The notes under the pieces are model-generated. The model searched no databases, was not told the DNA's origin, and saw only the letters and a list, made by a program, of their open reading frames with translations. A DNA stretch of 37,239 bases from Gemmatimonadota bacterium (GTDB taxonomy: Bacteria > Gemmatimonadota > Gemmatimonadetes > Longimicrobiales > Gaopeijiaceae). This document shows, in pieces, positions 18,873-28,539 of the stretch (its first letter is position 1; the number at the start of each line of letters is the position of its first letter). The stretch is from NCBI GenBank assembly GCA_039589315.1, contig JBDHHQ010000065.1:1-37239 (forward strand), written 5' to 3'. Made by a program: the position numbers and the translations under genes.

Positions 18873-19946
18873 ATGCGCGAACGGGATTTGCCGATCCCTT
18901 CCCATTTCGATGCAGCTCGGGTCGGGAAGGTGTGGCGTGTCGCCTACGAGGACCGGGCGGCAGAGGCCCGATCGTGGGCCCGTGAGCATGACATCACCCC
19001 AGCCGCAGACGACGACCGCCGCGCATGCCTACTCCTGGTGGACGTCCAGAACACCTTCTGCATTCCCGGTTTCGAGTTGTTCGTCGCCGGACGGTCGGGG
19101 ACGGGGGCCGTCGACGACAACCGCCGCCTCTGCGAGTTCGTCTACCGGAACCTCGGCAGCATCAGCCGGATGACGGTCACGCTGGACACGCATCGGCCGA
19201 TTCAGATCTTCCACGCCATCTTCTTCGTGGACGCCGACGGCCGGCATCCGCCACCGTTCACGCTGATCACCGCCGAAGACGTGGAGTCCGGTCGGTGGAG
19301 AGGCAACCCCGCGGCCGCGGCGGCGTTGGGCGAGACGCCAGAGAGCCTGCAGAAGCATCTCTCCCACTATGCCCGGGCGCTGCGCGCCGGAGACCGGTAC
19401 GCGCTGACCATCTGGCCGTATCACGCCATGCTCGGAGGCATCGGCCACGCACTCGTGTCCGCCGTTGAAGAGGCGATCTTCTTCCACTCCGTGGCGAGGG
19501 TCAGCCAACCGGATTTCCAGGTAAAGGGAGACAACCCGCTGACCGAGAGCTACTCGGTGCTGGGTCCGGAGGTGCTGAGCGACGCGGTCGGGAGACCTGT
19601 TGCCCATACGAACCACGCCCTCATCAGGGCCCTCAACGAATACGACGCGGTCATCGTGGCGGGCCAGGCCAAGAGCCACTGCGTCGCCTGGACCGTCTCC
19701 GACCTCCTGGACCGAATCGTAGGGCGCCTCCCCGACGCCACCGGCAAGGTGTACTTGCTGGAGGACTGTACCTCTCCTGTCGTGGTGCCAGACACCATCG
19801 ACTACACGGCCGAAGCGGACGCCGCGTTCGGCCGTTTCCGGGATGCCGGCATGCACGTCGTCCGGTCGACCACACCGCTCTCCCAGTGGCCCGGGATCCT
19901 CGGCCACCAGCGGGTGTTCAAGCCCGGTACGGAGAGACTCCCCTGA
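18873..19946 (+). CDS. Isochorismatase-superfamily cysteine hydrolase, long nicotinamidase-like type
   Basis: [34 protein letters not shown] (Asp-Lys-Cys triad pattern). Confidence 0.82.
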   Translation: MRERDLPIPSHFDAARVGKVWRVAYEDRAAEARSWAREHDITPAADDDRRACLLLVDVQNTFCIPGFELFVAGRSGTGAVDDNRRLCEFVYRNLGSISRMTVTLDTHRPIQIFHAIFFVDADGRHPPPFTLITAEDVESGRWRGNPAAAAALGETPESLQKHLSHYARALRAGDRYALTIWPYHAMLGGIGHALVSAVEEAIFFHSVARVSQPDFQVKGDNPLTESYSVLGPEVLSDAVGRPVAHTNHALIRALNEYDAVIVAGQAKSHCVAWTVSDLLDRIVGRLPDATGKVYLLEDCTSPVVVPDTIDYTAEADAAFGRFRDAGMHVVRSTTPLSQWPGILGHQRVFKPGTERLP

Positions 19947-19959
19947 GAAACGGCCGAGC

Positions 19960-21258
19960 ATGAAGCGAATCGCGGTTCTGGCAGCTTGCACGTTCCTGTC
20001 CGTCGCCTGCGGCGGAGGCGGCGGCGGCGAGGGAGCTCCCCCGGCACCGGAGCCGGGAGAGCACCGGCTGGCGCCCGACGTCGACGCGGTCAGGTCTTCC
20101 GGAGCGGGGGACTTGCCGGATGCCTCCACGAACGCGGATGGGCGTCCGGCCCGGACCGCCGCCGGCGACACGGGCGAGCCGCGGGCCACCGCAGAGTCCG
20201 GGGCGACCTACCACGTCTACGTTGGCGCGGAGTCCGCGGACCTCATGCACCGCATCAGCTGGGGACCCGACGGGGCTTCGGTGGACCGCACCACGGAAGT
20301 GGGGGAGTTGCCGGTGGAAACCGAGGGGCCACACGGCTTCATGCGGTCGCCCGACGGCCAGTACATCTACATGACCACCGGGCACGGCCTGCCGGACGGC
20401 AAGCTCTGGAAGTTCCACGCCGGGCCCGACACCCTGGTGGGCGAGCCCACGTCACTCGGGCGCTTCCCCGCGACGCTCGATGTGACGCCGGACGGGCTGT
20501 ACGCCTTCGTCGCCAACTTCAACCTCCACGGCGAGCACGTCCCCTCGTCCGTCTCCGTGGTGTACACACCCGAGATGATGGAGGTCGTGCGCATCGAGAC
20601 GTGCGTCATGCCCCACGGCGCGCGGACGGAGCCACAGGGCATCCACGTCTACTCGGCGTGCATGATGGACGATCAGATCGTCGAGGTGGACACGCGGACC
20701 TTCGAGGTCTCCCGCCGCTTCTCCGTCGCCGCTGGGCAGGAGATGCCCATCGAGGTCCGCCCGGTGCCGACTCCGGTGGCGGATTCGGCGCCCGAGGCGC
20801 CCGAGCTGCAGCCCACCTGCTCGCCGACGTGGGCCCAGCCTTCAGCCGACGGCAGCCGGATCTTCGTCGCCTGCAACGGCGCCGACGTGGTCCTGGAGAT
20901 CGACCGCGAGTCGTGGTCGGTGACCCGCCGCTTCGAGACGGGCCGGGGCCCCTACAACCTGGCCGTATCGCCGGACGGCCGGCTGTTGGTCGCGACGTTG
21001 AAGCAGGCCGCGGCCGTGCAGTTCTTCGAGCTGGAGAGCGGGGCATCGCTGACCACGATGCCATCGTCCACTACCGTGACCCACGGCGTGGTGGTGTCGC
21101 CGGACTCACGGTACGCCTTCGTCAGCGCCGAGGGCGTGGGCGCCGAGCCGGGGAAGGTGGATATTTTCGACCTCCGCTCCTTCGAGCGCGTGGCCGAGGT
21201 CGAGGTCGGCCAACAGGCAGGCGGCATCGTCTTCTGGAGGATGGACGACGGCCGTTGA
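19960..21258 (+). CDS. YncE/YVTN-family beta-propeller lipoprotein
   Basis: Lipobox LSVAC; repeated SPDG/TPDG blades (GPHG..SPDG, GPYNLAVSPDG, THGVVVSPDS). Confidence 0.8.
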   Translation: MKRIAVLAACTFLSVACGGGGGGEGAPPAPEPGEHRLAPDVDAVRSSGAGDLPDASTNADGRPARTAAGDTGEPRATAESGATYHVYVGAESADLMHRISWGPDGASVDRTTEVGELPVETEGPHGFMRSPDGQYIYMTTGHGLPDGKLWKFHAGPDTLVGEPTSLGRFPATLDVTPDGLYAFVANFNLHGEHVPSSVSVVYTPEMMEVVRIETCVMPHGARTEPQGIHVYSACMMDDQIVEVDTRTFEVSRRFSVAAGQEMPIEVRPVPTPVADSAPEAPELQPTCSPTWAQPSADGSRIFVACNGADVVLEIDRESWSVTRRFETGRGPYNLAVSPDGRLLVATLKQAAAVQFFELESGASLTTMPSSTTVTHGVVVSPDSRYAFVSAEGVGAEPGKVDIFDLRSFERVAEVEVGQQAGGIVFWRMDDGR

Positions 21259-21346
21259 CGAGGCCGCGACAATCCAAGAGACTCAGGCGTTCTCCCGGCG
21301 AGAGTCGGTCCGGACCCCATGAGCCCGTCATCTACCCGAGGTTCCC

Positions 21347-24103
21347 ATGCTGACACGCATTCCACGCCTGATCACGGCGACGCTGCCGTTGCTCCTGCTG
21401 GCCCTGACGGGTCCCACGCCCGCCCGGGCGCAGGTGGCGGGCGCCATACAGGTCACCACGCCCGCAGAAGAGTTCGGCCACGAGCTCGGAGCGGACTACC
21501 AGCTCATCAACTACCAGCAGTTCACGGCCTACGTGAACAAGCTGGCGGACCAGTCCGACCGCATGACCGTCCAGGCGATCGGCCAAACCGAGCTCGCTCG
21601 CGAGCAGTTGATGGCTGTCATCACTTCACCCGAGAACCACGCCGACCTGGACCGCTACCGGGAGATCGCGCGACGCCTTGCCCTGGCCGACGGCATCTCA
21701 GCAGACGACGCGCGGGCGCTGGCTGAGGAAGGGAAGGCGGTGGTGTGGATCGACGGAGGACTCCACGCCACGGAGGTTCTGGGCGCACAGCAGCTCACGG
21801 AGCTGATCTACCGCATGGTCAGCTACGACGACCCCGAGACTTTGCGCATCCTCGATGACGTGATCCTGCTCGCGGTGCACGCGAATCCCGACGGCCACGA
21901 CCTGGTGGCGGACTGGTACATGCGCCACGACGACCCCATGGAGCGCACGACCAGCGGTGTCCCGCTCCTCTACAACCACTACGCGGGTCACGACAACAAC
22001 CGTGACTTCTACATGTCGAACCTGGCGGAAACCACGAACATGAACCGGGTCATGTACCGGGAGTGGTTCCCGCAGATCATCTACAACCACCACCAGACGG
22101 GACCGGACGGGGCAATCATGTTCGCGCCCCCGTTCCGGGATCCACCGAATCACCACCTGGACCCCCTGATCATCACGAGCCTGGACCAGGTTGGCTCGGC
22201 GATGCATGCCCGCTTCGTCAAGGAAGGCAAGGGCGGCACGACCATGCGTTCCGGGGCCAGCTATTCCACCTGGTGGAATGGAGGACTCCGTACCACGCCG
22301 TACTTCAAGAACATGATCGGGCTCCTGACCGAGACCCACGGTCACCCGACGCCCATCGAGATCTCGTTCAGGCCGGCCAAGCAGATCACGCACGGAGACC
22401 TTCCGTTGCCGGTGGAGCCGGGCCTCTGGCATTTCCGGCAGTCGGTGGAATACTCGCAGACGGCCAATTGGGCCGTGCTCGACTATGCTTCGCGTAACCG
22501 GGACCGGCTGCTGTTCAACATCTGGCGCATGGCCTCCAACGCCATCGACCGCGGACGCACCGACAGCTGGACGGTTCTGCCCGACCGGATCGACCTTGCC
22601 GCAGAAGATGTGGGGGAGAGCGGTGACCGGGACGACTGGGAGCGCCTCCTGCGGGCCCCGGGGGACCGGGACGCCCGGGCCTACGTCCTCTCCGCCCATC
22701 AGGCGGACTTCCTCACGGCCACGAAGTTCGTCAACGCCTTGCTCAAGAACGGCGTGGAGGTGCTTCAGGCCACCAGTCCGTTCAGGGTGGCGGGCGAGGC
22801 GTACCCGGCGGGCTCCTATGTCGTCCGGGCTGACCAGGCGTTCCGCCCCCACGTCCTGGACATGTTCGAGCCCCAGAACCACCCCAACGATTTCGCCTAC
22901 CCGGGTGCGCCGCCCACGGCCCCATACGACAACGCCGGTTGGACCCTGGCCTATCAGATGGACGTCGACTTCGAGCGGGTGCTCGAAGACTTCGACGGAC
23001 CTTTCGAGGCCATCGAGTGGCTCGCCGAGGCTCCGGCTGGAGAGGTCACGGGAGAAGGCGACGTGGCCGGGTGGATCCTGAGCCACGAGGTGAACGACGC
23101 CTTCCTGGGGATCAACCGCCTGCTGGCCGCCGGTCATGACATCTACTGGCTCAACGGCGGAGGGGAGCATCACGGCGACTTCTTCGTCGATGCCTCCAGT
23201 GGCTCGGAAGGCGACGTCCGTGAGTTGGCCGCACAGGTCGGTCTCGACTTTCACGGAGTCGCCGGGCGCCCGGCGGGAGAGGTCATGAAGCTCAGGCCGG
23301 CAAAGGTGGGCCTGTGGGACCGGTACGGGGGCTCCATGCCGTCCGGATGGACGCGCTTCGTGCTGGAGCGCTTCGGCTTCGATTTCGACCTGCTCTACGC
23401 ACAGCAGTTGGAGGGCGATCTATCCGACTACGACGTGCTGATCTTCCCGGACGGCGCCATCCCCATGACCGACGAGACGAGCGGCCGAGAGCGGCGCCGG
23501 GACAGCCAGCCAGACGCCCAGGACGTGCCGGAGCAGTATCGTCACATGTTGGGCCGCACATCCGTGGCCAGCACGGTACCCGCGGTACTCGACTTCGCCA
23601 GACAAGGGGGCACCGTGATCGCCGTGGGCAGCTCGACGAGCCTCGCGTATCACGCCCAGCTCCCCGTCGAGGATCACCTGACCAGGGGCGGCGTGCCACT
23701 GCCGTCCGAGGAGTATTACGTGCCCGGTTCGGTCCTCGACGTGAAGCTCGAGCAGGTGAGCCCCGTCACCCATGGACTGGGGGAGCGTGCCGACGTGCTC
23801 TTCTCGCGAAGCCCGGTCTTCAAGGTCCGGGACGGCGCGGCCGGTGTCCGGACTCTGGGCTGGTTCGATCGCACCGATCCGCTGCGGAGCGGTTGGGCCT
23901 GGGGCCAGCATCACCTCGCAGGAGGAGCGGCGCTGCTGGAAGCCGACGTGGGGCAGGGCAAGCTCTTCCTGTATGGGCCCAGGGTCACGTTCCGTGGTCA
24001 GGCCCACGGCACGTTCCCGCTTGTGTTCAACGCCATCTTCTACGGAACGGCCGAGACCCTGACGCTTCAAGCGCAGGACGGACAGCCGCCGCAGGACCTC
24101 TGA
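21347..24103 (+). CDS. Secreted M14 family zinc carboxypeptidase-like protein
   Basis: Signal peptide ending ARA-Q; GGLHATE (HxxE), NPDG, DNNRD, YNHHQ. Confidence 0.88.
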   Translation: MLTRIPRLITATLPLLLLALTGPTPARAQVAGAIQVTTPAEEFGHELGADYQLINYQQFTAYVNKLADQSDRMTVQAIGQTELAREQLMAVITSPENHADLDRYREIARRLALADGISADDARALAEEGKAVVWIDGGLHATEVLGAQQLTELIYRMVSYDDPETLRILDDVILLAVHANPDGHDLVADWYMRHDDPMERTTSGVPLLYNHYAGHDNNRDFYMSNLAETTNMNRVMYREWFPQIIYNHHQTGPDGAIMFAPPFRDPPNHHLDPLIITSLDQVGSAMHARFVKEGKGGTTMRSGASYSTWWNGGLRTTPYFKNMIGLLTETHGHPTPIEISFRPAKQITHGDLPLPVEPGLWHFRQSVEYSQTANWAVLDYASRNRDRLLFNIWRMASNAIDRGRTDSWTVLPDRIDLAAEDVGESGDRDDWERLLRAPGDRDARAYVLSAHQADFLTATKFVNALLKNGVEVLQATSPFRVAGEAYPAGSYVVRADQAFRPHVLDMFEPQNHPNDFAYPGAPPTAPYDNAGWTLAYQMDVDFERVLEDFDGPFEAIEWLAEAPAGEVTGEGDVAGWILSHEVNDAFLGINRLLAAGHDIYWLNGGGEHHGDFFVDASSGSEGDVRELAAQVGLDFHGVAGRPAGEVMKLRPAKVGLWDRYGGSMPSGWTRFVLERFGFDFDLLYAQQLEGDLSDYDVLIFPDGAIPMTDETSGRERRRDSQPDAQDVPEQYRHMLGRTSVASTVPAVLDFARQGGTVIAVGSSTSLAYHAQLPVEDHLTRGGVPLPSEEYYVPGSVLDVKLEQVSPVTHGLGERADVLFSRSPVFKVRDGAAGVRTLGWFDRTDPLRSGWAWGQHHLAGGAALLEADVGQGKLFLYGPRVTFRGQAHGTFPLVFNAIFYGTAETLTLQAQDGQPPQDL

Positions 24104-24125
24104 CGGCCACCGACGCTGAAGACCG

Positions 24126-24163
24126 GGAGGGGCGCCGCCGACCCGGCGGAGCCCCTCCTTCTT
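24126..24163 (+). terminator. Intrinsic terminator after the M14 peptidase
   Basis: GGAGGGGC-G-CCGCCG-ACC-CGGCGG-A-GCCCCTCC-TTCTT. Confidence 0.65.
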
Positions 24164-24241
24164 CGATACGGTCCAGGGCCGCCCTCTCAGGCCGTGTGCT
24201 CAGATCCAGCGGCGGCTCCCGGGCAAATGTTGCATACTGGA

Positions 24242-25576
24242 TTAGCTGGATCGAGTTAACCCGGCTTGTGACAGTACGATGAGAAGCGCACGCTGCACGC
24301 CGACGTGGCCGTTGCGGTTCACGAATCCCTCGTCCGGCGAGTGTGCGGCGATACCGTCACCACCGCCCCCGATCGTAATGGCGGGCACCCCCATTGAAAT
24401 GGGGATGTTGGAGTCCGTCGAGCTGACGCCCAACTCGGGCGACAGGCCCATGAGCTCGGTTGCGGCCCGGGCTCGCTGCACGAACGGCGCCTCGGCCGGG
24501 ATCGTGCCGGACGGACGATCGCCGATCAGGTCGACAGACACCGTCAGCGCCGGCCCACGGCGTCGCAGACCGTTCTCCTCCTCGAGGGCACGGAGCATGG
24601 CAGCCTGGAACAACGAGTCGATGTGCTCCAGGCTCTCGTTGCTCTCGGAACGCATGTCCACCTCCATCCAAGCCTCGAACGGGACGGAATTGATGGACGT
24701 GCCTCCCCCGATGCGGCCTACGTTGTAGCTGGTCCGGGGCCCGGATCGGGTGAACGTGTCGGCGTCGTCCTGGAAGTAACGCACGCCGCGGCTCATGGCG
24801 TGAGCGGGGTTGGCCAGCCCGAACGCGCCCCAGGAGTGCCCACCCGGCCCCTCGAAGGTCACACGATACCTGTGTGATCCCAGGCCGCGGTGGGTGATCC
24901 GGGAGTCACTGGTTCCGTCCACCGATATGAACGCGTCGATGCGCGGTCCGTCCTCCCGGAAGAGGTGCTTCATGCCCCTGAGGTCACCGAGGCCCTCCTC
25001 GCCTACGGTCCCGATGAACAGGATGTCGGCCTCGGTCCGGACCCCTGCGGCGTTCATGGCCCTGAGCACTGCCAGGACCGCGGCGAGGCCGCGGGTGTCG
25101 TCGCCGATGCCGGGCGCGTACAGCGTGTCTCCGGCCGTGCGCACGCGGGTATCGGTCCCGTCCGGAAAGACCGTATCCAGGTGCGCCGAGATCGCCACCA
25201 CCCGGCCTCCCGCGGTCCCCCGGCGTCTCGAGATCACGTTGCCCTCGGCGTCTATGTAGGCCGTATCCACGCCCAGCTCGAGCAACATGGCCATGAAGGC
25301 CCGCGCTCTTTCGTGCTCCATGAAGGGAGGGGCCGGAATCTCCGTCAGCGCTACGAGATCGGCCATGGTCTGAGCGTCGTGCTCCTCGACATGCAGGAGG
25401 GCGGCCTGGACCGCCGGGTCCTGGAATACGCCGAGCACCTCATCGGAGAAGGGATTGGCCTGGCCGGCGACGGGCGAGCCGACCGCCGTGGCCCAGCCCG
25501 CGACAGAGAGCAACGCCCACGCCGCCCTTCTGGCGAGGGCCGGCAAGGGGCGGGAAGAGGGACTTGGTACAGGCAT
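24242..25576 (-). CDS. Secreted M20/M25/M40 family metallo-hydrolase
   Basis: SAHLDTVF, GIGDD, GEEG, GGHSW, STDSN, AHSPDE: canonical ligand set; signal peptide. Confidence 0.9.
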   Translation of the reverse strand: MPVPSPSSRPLPALARRAAWALLSVAGWATAVGSPVAGQANPFSDEVLGVFQDPAVQAALLHVEEHDAQTMADLVALTEIPAPPFMEHERARAFMAMLLELGVDTAYIDAEGNVISRRRGTAGGRVVAISAHLDTVFPDGTDTRVRTAGDTLYAPGIGDDTRGLAAVLAVLRAMNAAGVRTEADILFIGTVGEEGLGDLRGMKHLFREDGPRIDAFISVDGTSDSRITHRGLGSHRYRVTFEGPGGHSWGAFGLANPAHAMSRGVRYFQDDADTFTRSGPRTSYNVGRIGGGTSINSVPFEAWMEVDMRSESNESLEHIDSLFQAAMLRALEEENGLRRRGPALTVSVDLIGDRPSGTIPAEAPFVQRARAATELMGLSPELGVSSTDSNIPISMGVPAITIGGGGDGIAAHSPDEGFVNRNGHVGVQRALLIVLSQAGLTRSS

Positions 25577-25762
25577 GGCGACTCCAGGGAAACTGTTGCG
25601 CGTGTCTTCGATTAGGCAGCGGATCCGGCCCGGACCCCATGGATCGGATCGTCCGTCAGCAGGGTATCACGCTCCCGTCGCCGGGACAATGAGCCTCGGA
25701 CAGGCCCCGAGTGCTTGATTTTCCCAGGACGACGGCGAAGTTTTCAGGGCTGTTCGCGTGAA

Positions 25763-25810
25763 GCCCGGAGGGGGCCGCTTCGGCGGCTCCGACCCTCCGG
25801 GCGCCTTTTT
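25763..25810 (+). terminator. Terminator-like hairpin immediately upstream of mlaE
   Basis: GCCCGGAGGG-GGCCGC-TTCG-GCGGCT-CCGA-CCCTCCGGGC-GCCTTTTT. Confidence 0.58.
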
Positions 25811-25826
25811 GGGAGAGTGGATCACC

Positions 25827-26639
25827 GTGAACTACGATGGGGCATCGGTTCCCCGAACGCCGATCCCGATCAGGTGGCTCGAAGCGCTAGGGCGCACCGC
25901 GGAAACCGTAGCGGAGCACGCGGGACAGATGGGCGCTCTGGTGTGGGCCTCGATCGTGGCCACGGTACGGCTCCGTGTCCCGTTCCGGGACATCGTCAGA
26001 CAGCTCTACATCATCGGCGTCGGGAGCATTCCCATCGTCCTGGTGACGGCGACGTTGGCGGGCATCGTGACCACGCAGCAGGGCGGGTACCAATTCACCG
26101 GATCGATCCCTCTGTACGTGCTTGGCAGCGTCGTGGCCTCGTCCGTGATCCTGGAGCTGGGGCCGGTCCTCACCGCTATCGTCCTGGTGGGGCGAGTGGG
26201 AGCCCGCATCACCGCGGAGCTGGGCACCATGAAGGTGTCGGAGCAGATCGACGCCCTCCATTCGCTCGGTCGCGATCCGGTTGCCATGCTCGTGGCGCCG
26301 CGCATCATCGCGGGCATCATCGCGACGCCGCTGCTCGTCGGGATCGCGGACATCACCGGACTGATCTCCGGCATGATCTCGGCGAATGTCGCCCTGGGGT
26401 TGGGCCGCGACTCGTTCCTGTACGGTGCACGCCTCTTCTGGCACAACTGGGATCTCTTCTACTCCTTCTCCAAGGCCGTCGTCTTCGGTGCAGCGATCCC
26501 CATCATCTCCACCCACATGGGACTACGGACAGGTGGTGGGGCGGCAGGCGTCGGCCGCACGACGACGGCGTCGGTGATGTTCATGACCCTTACGATCCTG
26601 ATCCTCGACGCCCTCTTTCCCCCCTTGATGCTCCAATGA
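25827..26639 (+). CDS. mlaE: MlaE family ABC permease
   Basis: ELGPVLTA, GRVGARITAELGTMKVSEQIDAL, PRI.A, GGA.GVG..TT; GTG 25827 after GGAGAG preferred over 25758. Confidence 0.92.
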   Translation: MNYDGASVPRTPIPIRWLEALGRTAETVAEHAGQMGALVWASIVATVRLRVPFRDIVRQLYIIGVGSIPIVLVTATLAGIVTTQQGGYQFTGSIPLYVLGSVVASSVILELGPVLTAIVLVGRVGARITAELGTMKVSEQIDALHSLGRDPVAMLVAPRIIAGIIATPLLVGIADITGLISGMISANVALGLGRDSFLYGARLFWHNWDLFYSFSKAVVFGAAIPIISTHMGLRTGGGAAGVGRTTTASVMFMTLTILILDALFPPLMLQ

Positions 26640-26694
26640 GGCGGGCACGGAACGTGACGGCGTCTCCCTCGATCGGAGACCGGAGGCGGAGCCG

Positions 26695-27462
26695 ATGATC
26701 GAGTACCGGAACGTCTACAAGGCGTTCGACGTACCCGTGCTCTCCGGCGTGGACCTCACGGTCGAGACGGGAGAGATGTTCGCGCTGTTCGGCCCTTCGG
26801 GGACGGGCAAGAGCGTGTTGCTGAAGACGACGATCGATCTGATCTGTCCGGACAAGGGCGATGTCCGCGTGGATGGGGAGTCCGTGTACTACTCCGGCAA
26901 GGGCACGCTCGAGAAGGTCCGCAGGAAGGTCGGGTACGTGTTCCAGTATGCGGCGCTCTTCGACTCCCTCAGCGTTCGGGAGAACGTCCTCATGGGGCTT
27001 CCAGAGGACGAGGTGCGCCGCATGGGCGTGAAGGAACAGTCGGCACGCGTGTGGAAGATCCTGGAGCAGGTGAATCTCGATCCGAGGGTGGTCATGGGGA
27101 AGCTCCCCGCCGAGCTATCAGGAGGCATGAAGAAGCGTGTGGGGATTGCGCGGGCCATCGTGGGCGAGCCCGAGATCCTGCTCTGGGACGAGCCCACGAC
27201 GGGCCTGGATCCGGTCAATACGGCGGCTGTCGAACGGCTGATCGCCGAGCTCGACGAGGAGCTTCAGGTCACTTCTCTGATCGTAACACATGACATCGAG
27301 GGGGGACTCCTCATGTGCGATCGTGTCGCCCTCCTGGAGGGTGGGCGCGTGCGCTTCCTGGGGACCCCCGACGAATTCCGCATCTCGACGGACCCGGTGG
27401 TCCACGCATTCGCGGACCGAAGCGCGGCTGAAGCGGCCCTCGACGTACTCGAGGTTTCATGA
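26695..27462 (+). CDS. mlaF: MlaF-type ABC ATP-binding protein
   Basis: GPSGTGKS, FQYAALFDS, LSGGMKKR, DEPTTGLDP, VTHD. Confidence 0.92.
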   Translation: MIEYRNVYKAFDVPVLSGVDLTVETGEMFALFGPSGTGKSVLLKTTIDLICPDKGDVRVDGESVYYSGKGTLEKVRRKVGYVFQYAALFDSLSVRENVLMGLPEDEVRRMGVKEQSARVWKILEQVNLDPRVVMGKLPAELSGGMKKRVGIARAIVGEPEILLWDEPTTGLDPVNTAAVERLIAELDEELQVTSLIVTHDIEGGLLMCDRVALLEGGRVRFLGTPDEFRISTDPVVHAFADRSAAEAALDVLEVS

Positions 27463-28430
27463 GCATGGATGACACTTCCCGGACGAGAGTCCGAAGAGAC
27501 GGCCCGAGCGAGCAAGATCTCCGCAACGCGTCTCCCGCAGCGGCGGGCAATCGATACGCCCGGGTGGGGATCTTCGTGCTGGTCGGGTTCTTCTCGTTCG
27601 TCGCGGCCCTCTTCCTCCTCACCGACCCGTCCACGTTTCGGGGCCGCTATTTCCTGACCACGACCGTCAGCGACGCCGGGGGGTTGCGAAGAGGCGATCC
27701 CGTGCAGATGCGAGGCGTGAACATCGGTCGGACGCACGACTTCGAGCTGCTCGGCGACCAGGTGCGGGTCACCCTGGAGGTCGAGGGCGAGTGGCGCGTG
27801 CCCACCGACTCTCGCAGCCGTTTGGTCGAGCTCGGCGTCCTGGGCGGCAAGATCGTCGAGATCCTGCCCGGCAATTCGCCCGAGTATCTGGAGCCTGGAG
27901 CGAACCTCCCGGGCGTGGAGTACAGCGGGCTGCTGGGAACCGCCGAGGTCCTGGGAGAGAGAGCCGACGTCATCATGGGCCGGGTGGAGGAGATGCTCTC
28001 CGAGCCCACCATCGAAGCCGTGCAGGCGAGCGCGCAGGACCTGCGGGAGCTCCTGAAGGAGTTGAGCGCGTTGGCCCAGGATCAGAGCAGTCAGGTCGCC
28101 CAGCTCACCGCCAGCCTCAACCGCACGGCCCAGAGCCTGGAAGAGACGAGTGCGGCCGGCCCGGATCTGGCGAGCGCCGCCACGAGCGCCGCAACCAGGG
28201 CCGACTCCACGCTGGCGCAGCTCAATCGCACCAGCGTGCGCCTGGACGGGGTCGCCACGAGCCTCGGCTCGATCCTCGAGCGCATAGACCGTGGAGAGGG
28301 GACGCTGGGCCAACTCGCCACGAACGACAGCCTCTACCACACGCTCACGTCCGCCGTCGAGAGCGTACAGCTGCTGGCCACGGACCTCCGCGAGCATCCG
28401 GAGCGCTACGTGAAGGTCTCCGTGTTCTGA
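27459..28430 (+). CDS. mlaD: MlaD/MCE family protein with helical C-terminal extension
   Basis: RVGIFV TM, AGGL..G.PV...GV.IG, GVLG.K...I.PG, GEGTLGQL, DLREHPERY; ATGA overlap. Confidence 0.9.
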   Translation: MSMDDTSRTRVRRDGPSEQDLRNASPAAAGNRYARVGIFVLVGFFSFVAALFLLTDPSTFRGRYFLTTTVSDAGGLRRGDPVQMRGVNIGRTHDFELLGDQVRVTLEVEGEWRVPTDSRSRLVELGVLGGKIVEILPGNSPEYLEPGANLPGVEYSGLLGTAEVLGERADVIMGRVEEMLSEPTIEAVQASAQDLRELLKELSALAQDQSSQVAQLTASLNRTAQSLEETSAAGPDLASAATSAATRADSTLAQLNRTSVRLDGVATSLGSILERIDRGEGTLGQLATNDSLYHTLTSAVESVQLLATDLREHPERYVKVSVF

Positions 28431-28456
28431 GTTGGCGGAATAAGCGGCCAAGAGGA

Positions 28457-28495
28457 ACGGCCCGGCTCCTTCTCGGGAGCCGGGCCGTCGCTTTT
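28457..28495 (+). terminator. Intrinsic terminator after mlaD (possibly bidirectional)
   Basis: ACGGCCCGGCTCC-TTCTCG-GGAGCCGGGCCGT-CGCTTTT, 13-bp perfect stem. Confidence 0.8.
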
Positions 28496-28539
28496 CTCAG
28501 TCGATTCAGGCCCGCCTGGTCGGGGCCATCGCCCTGTTC

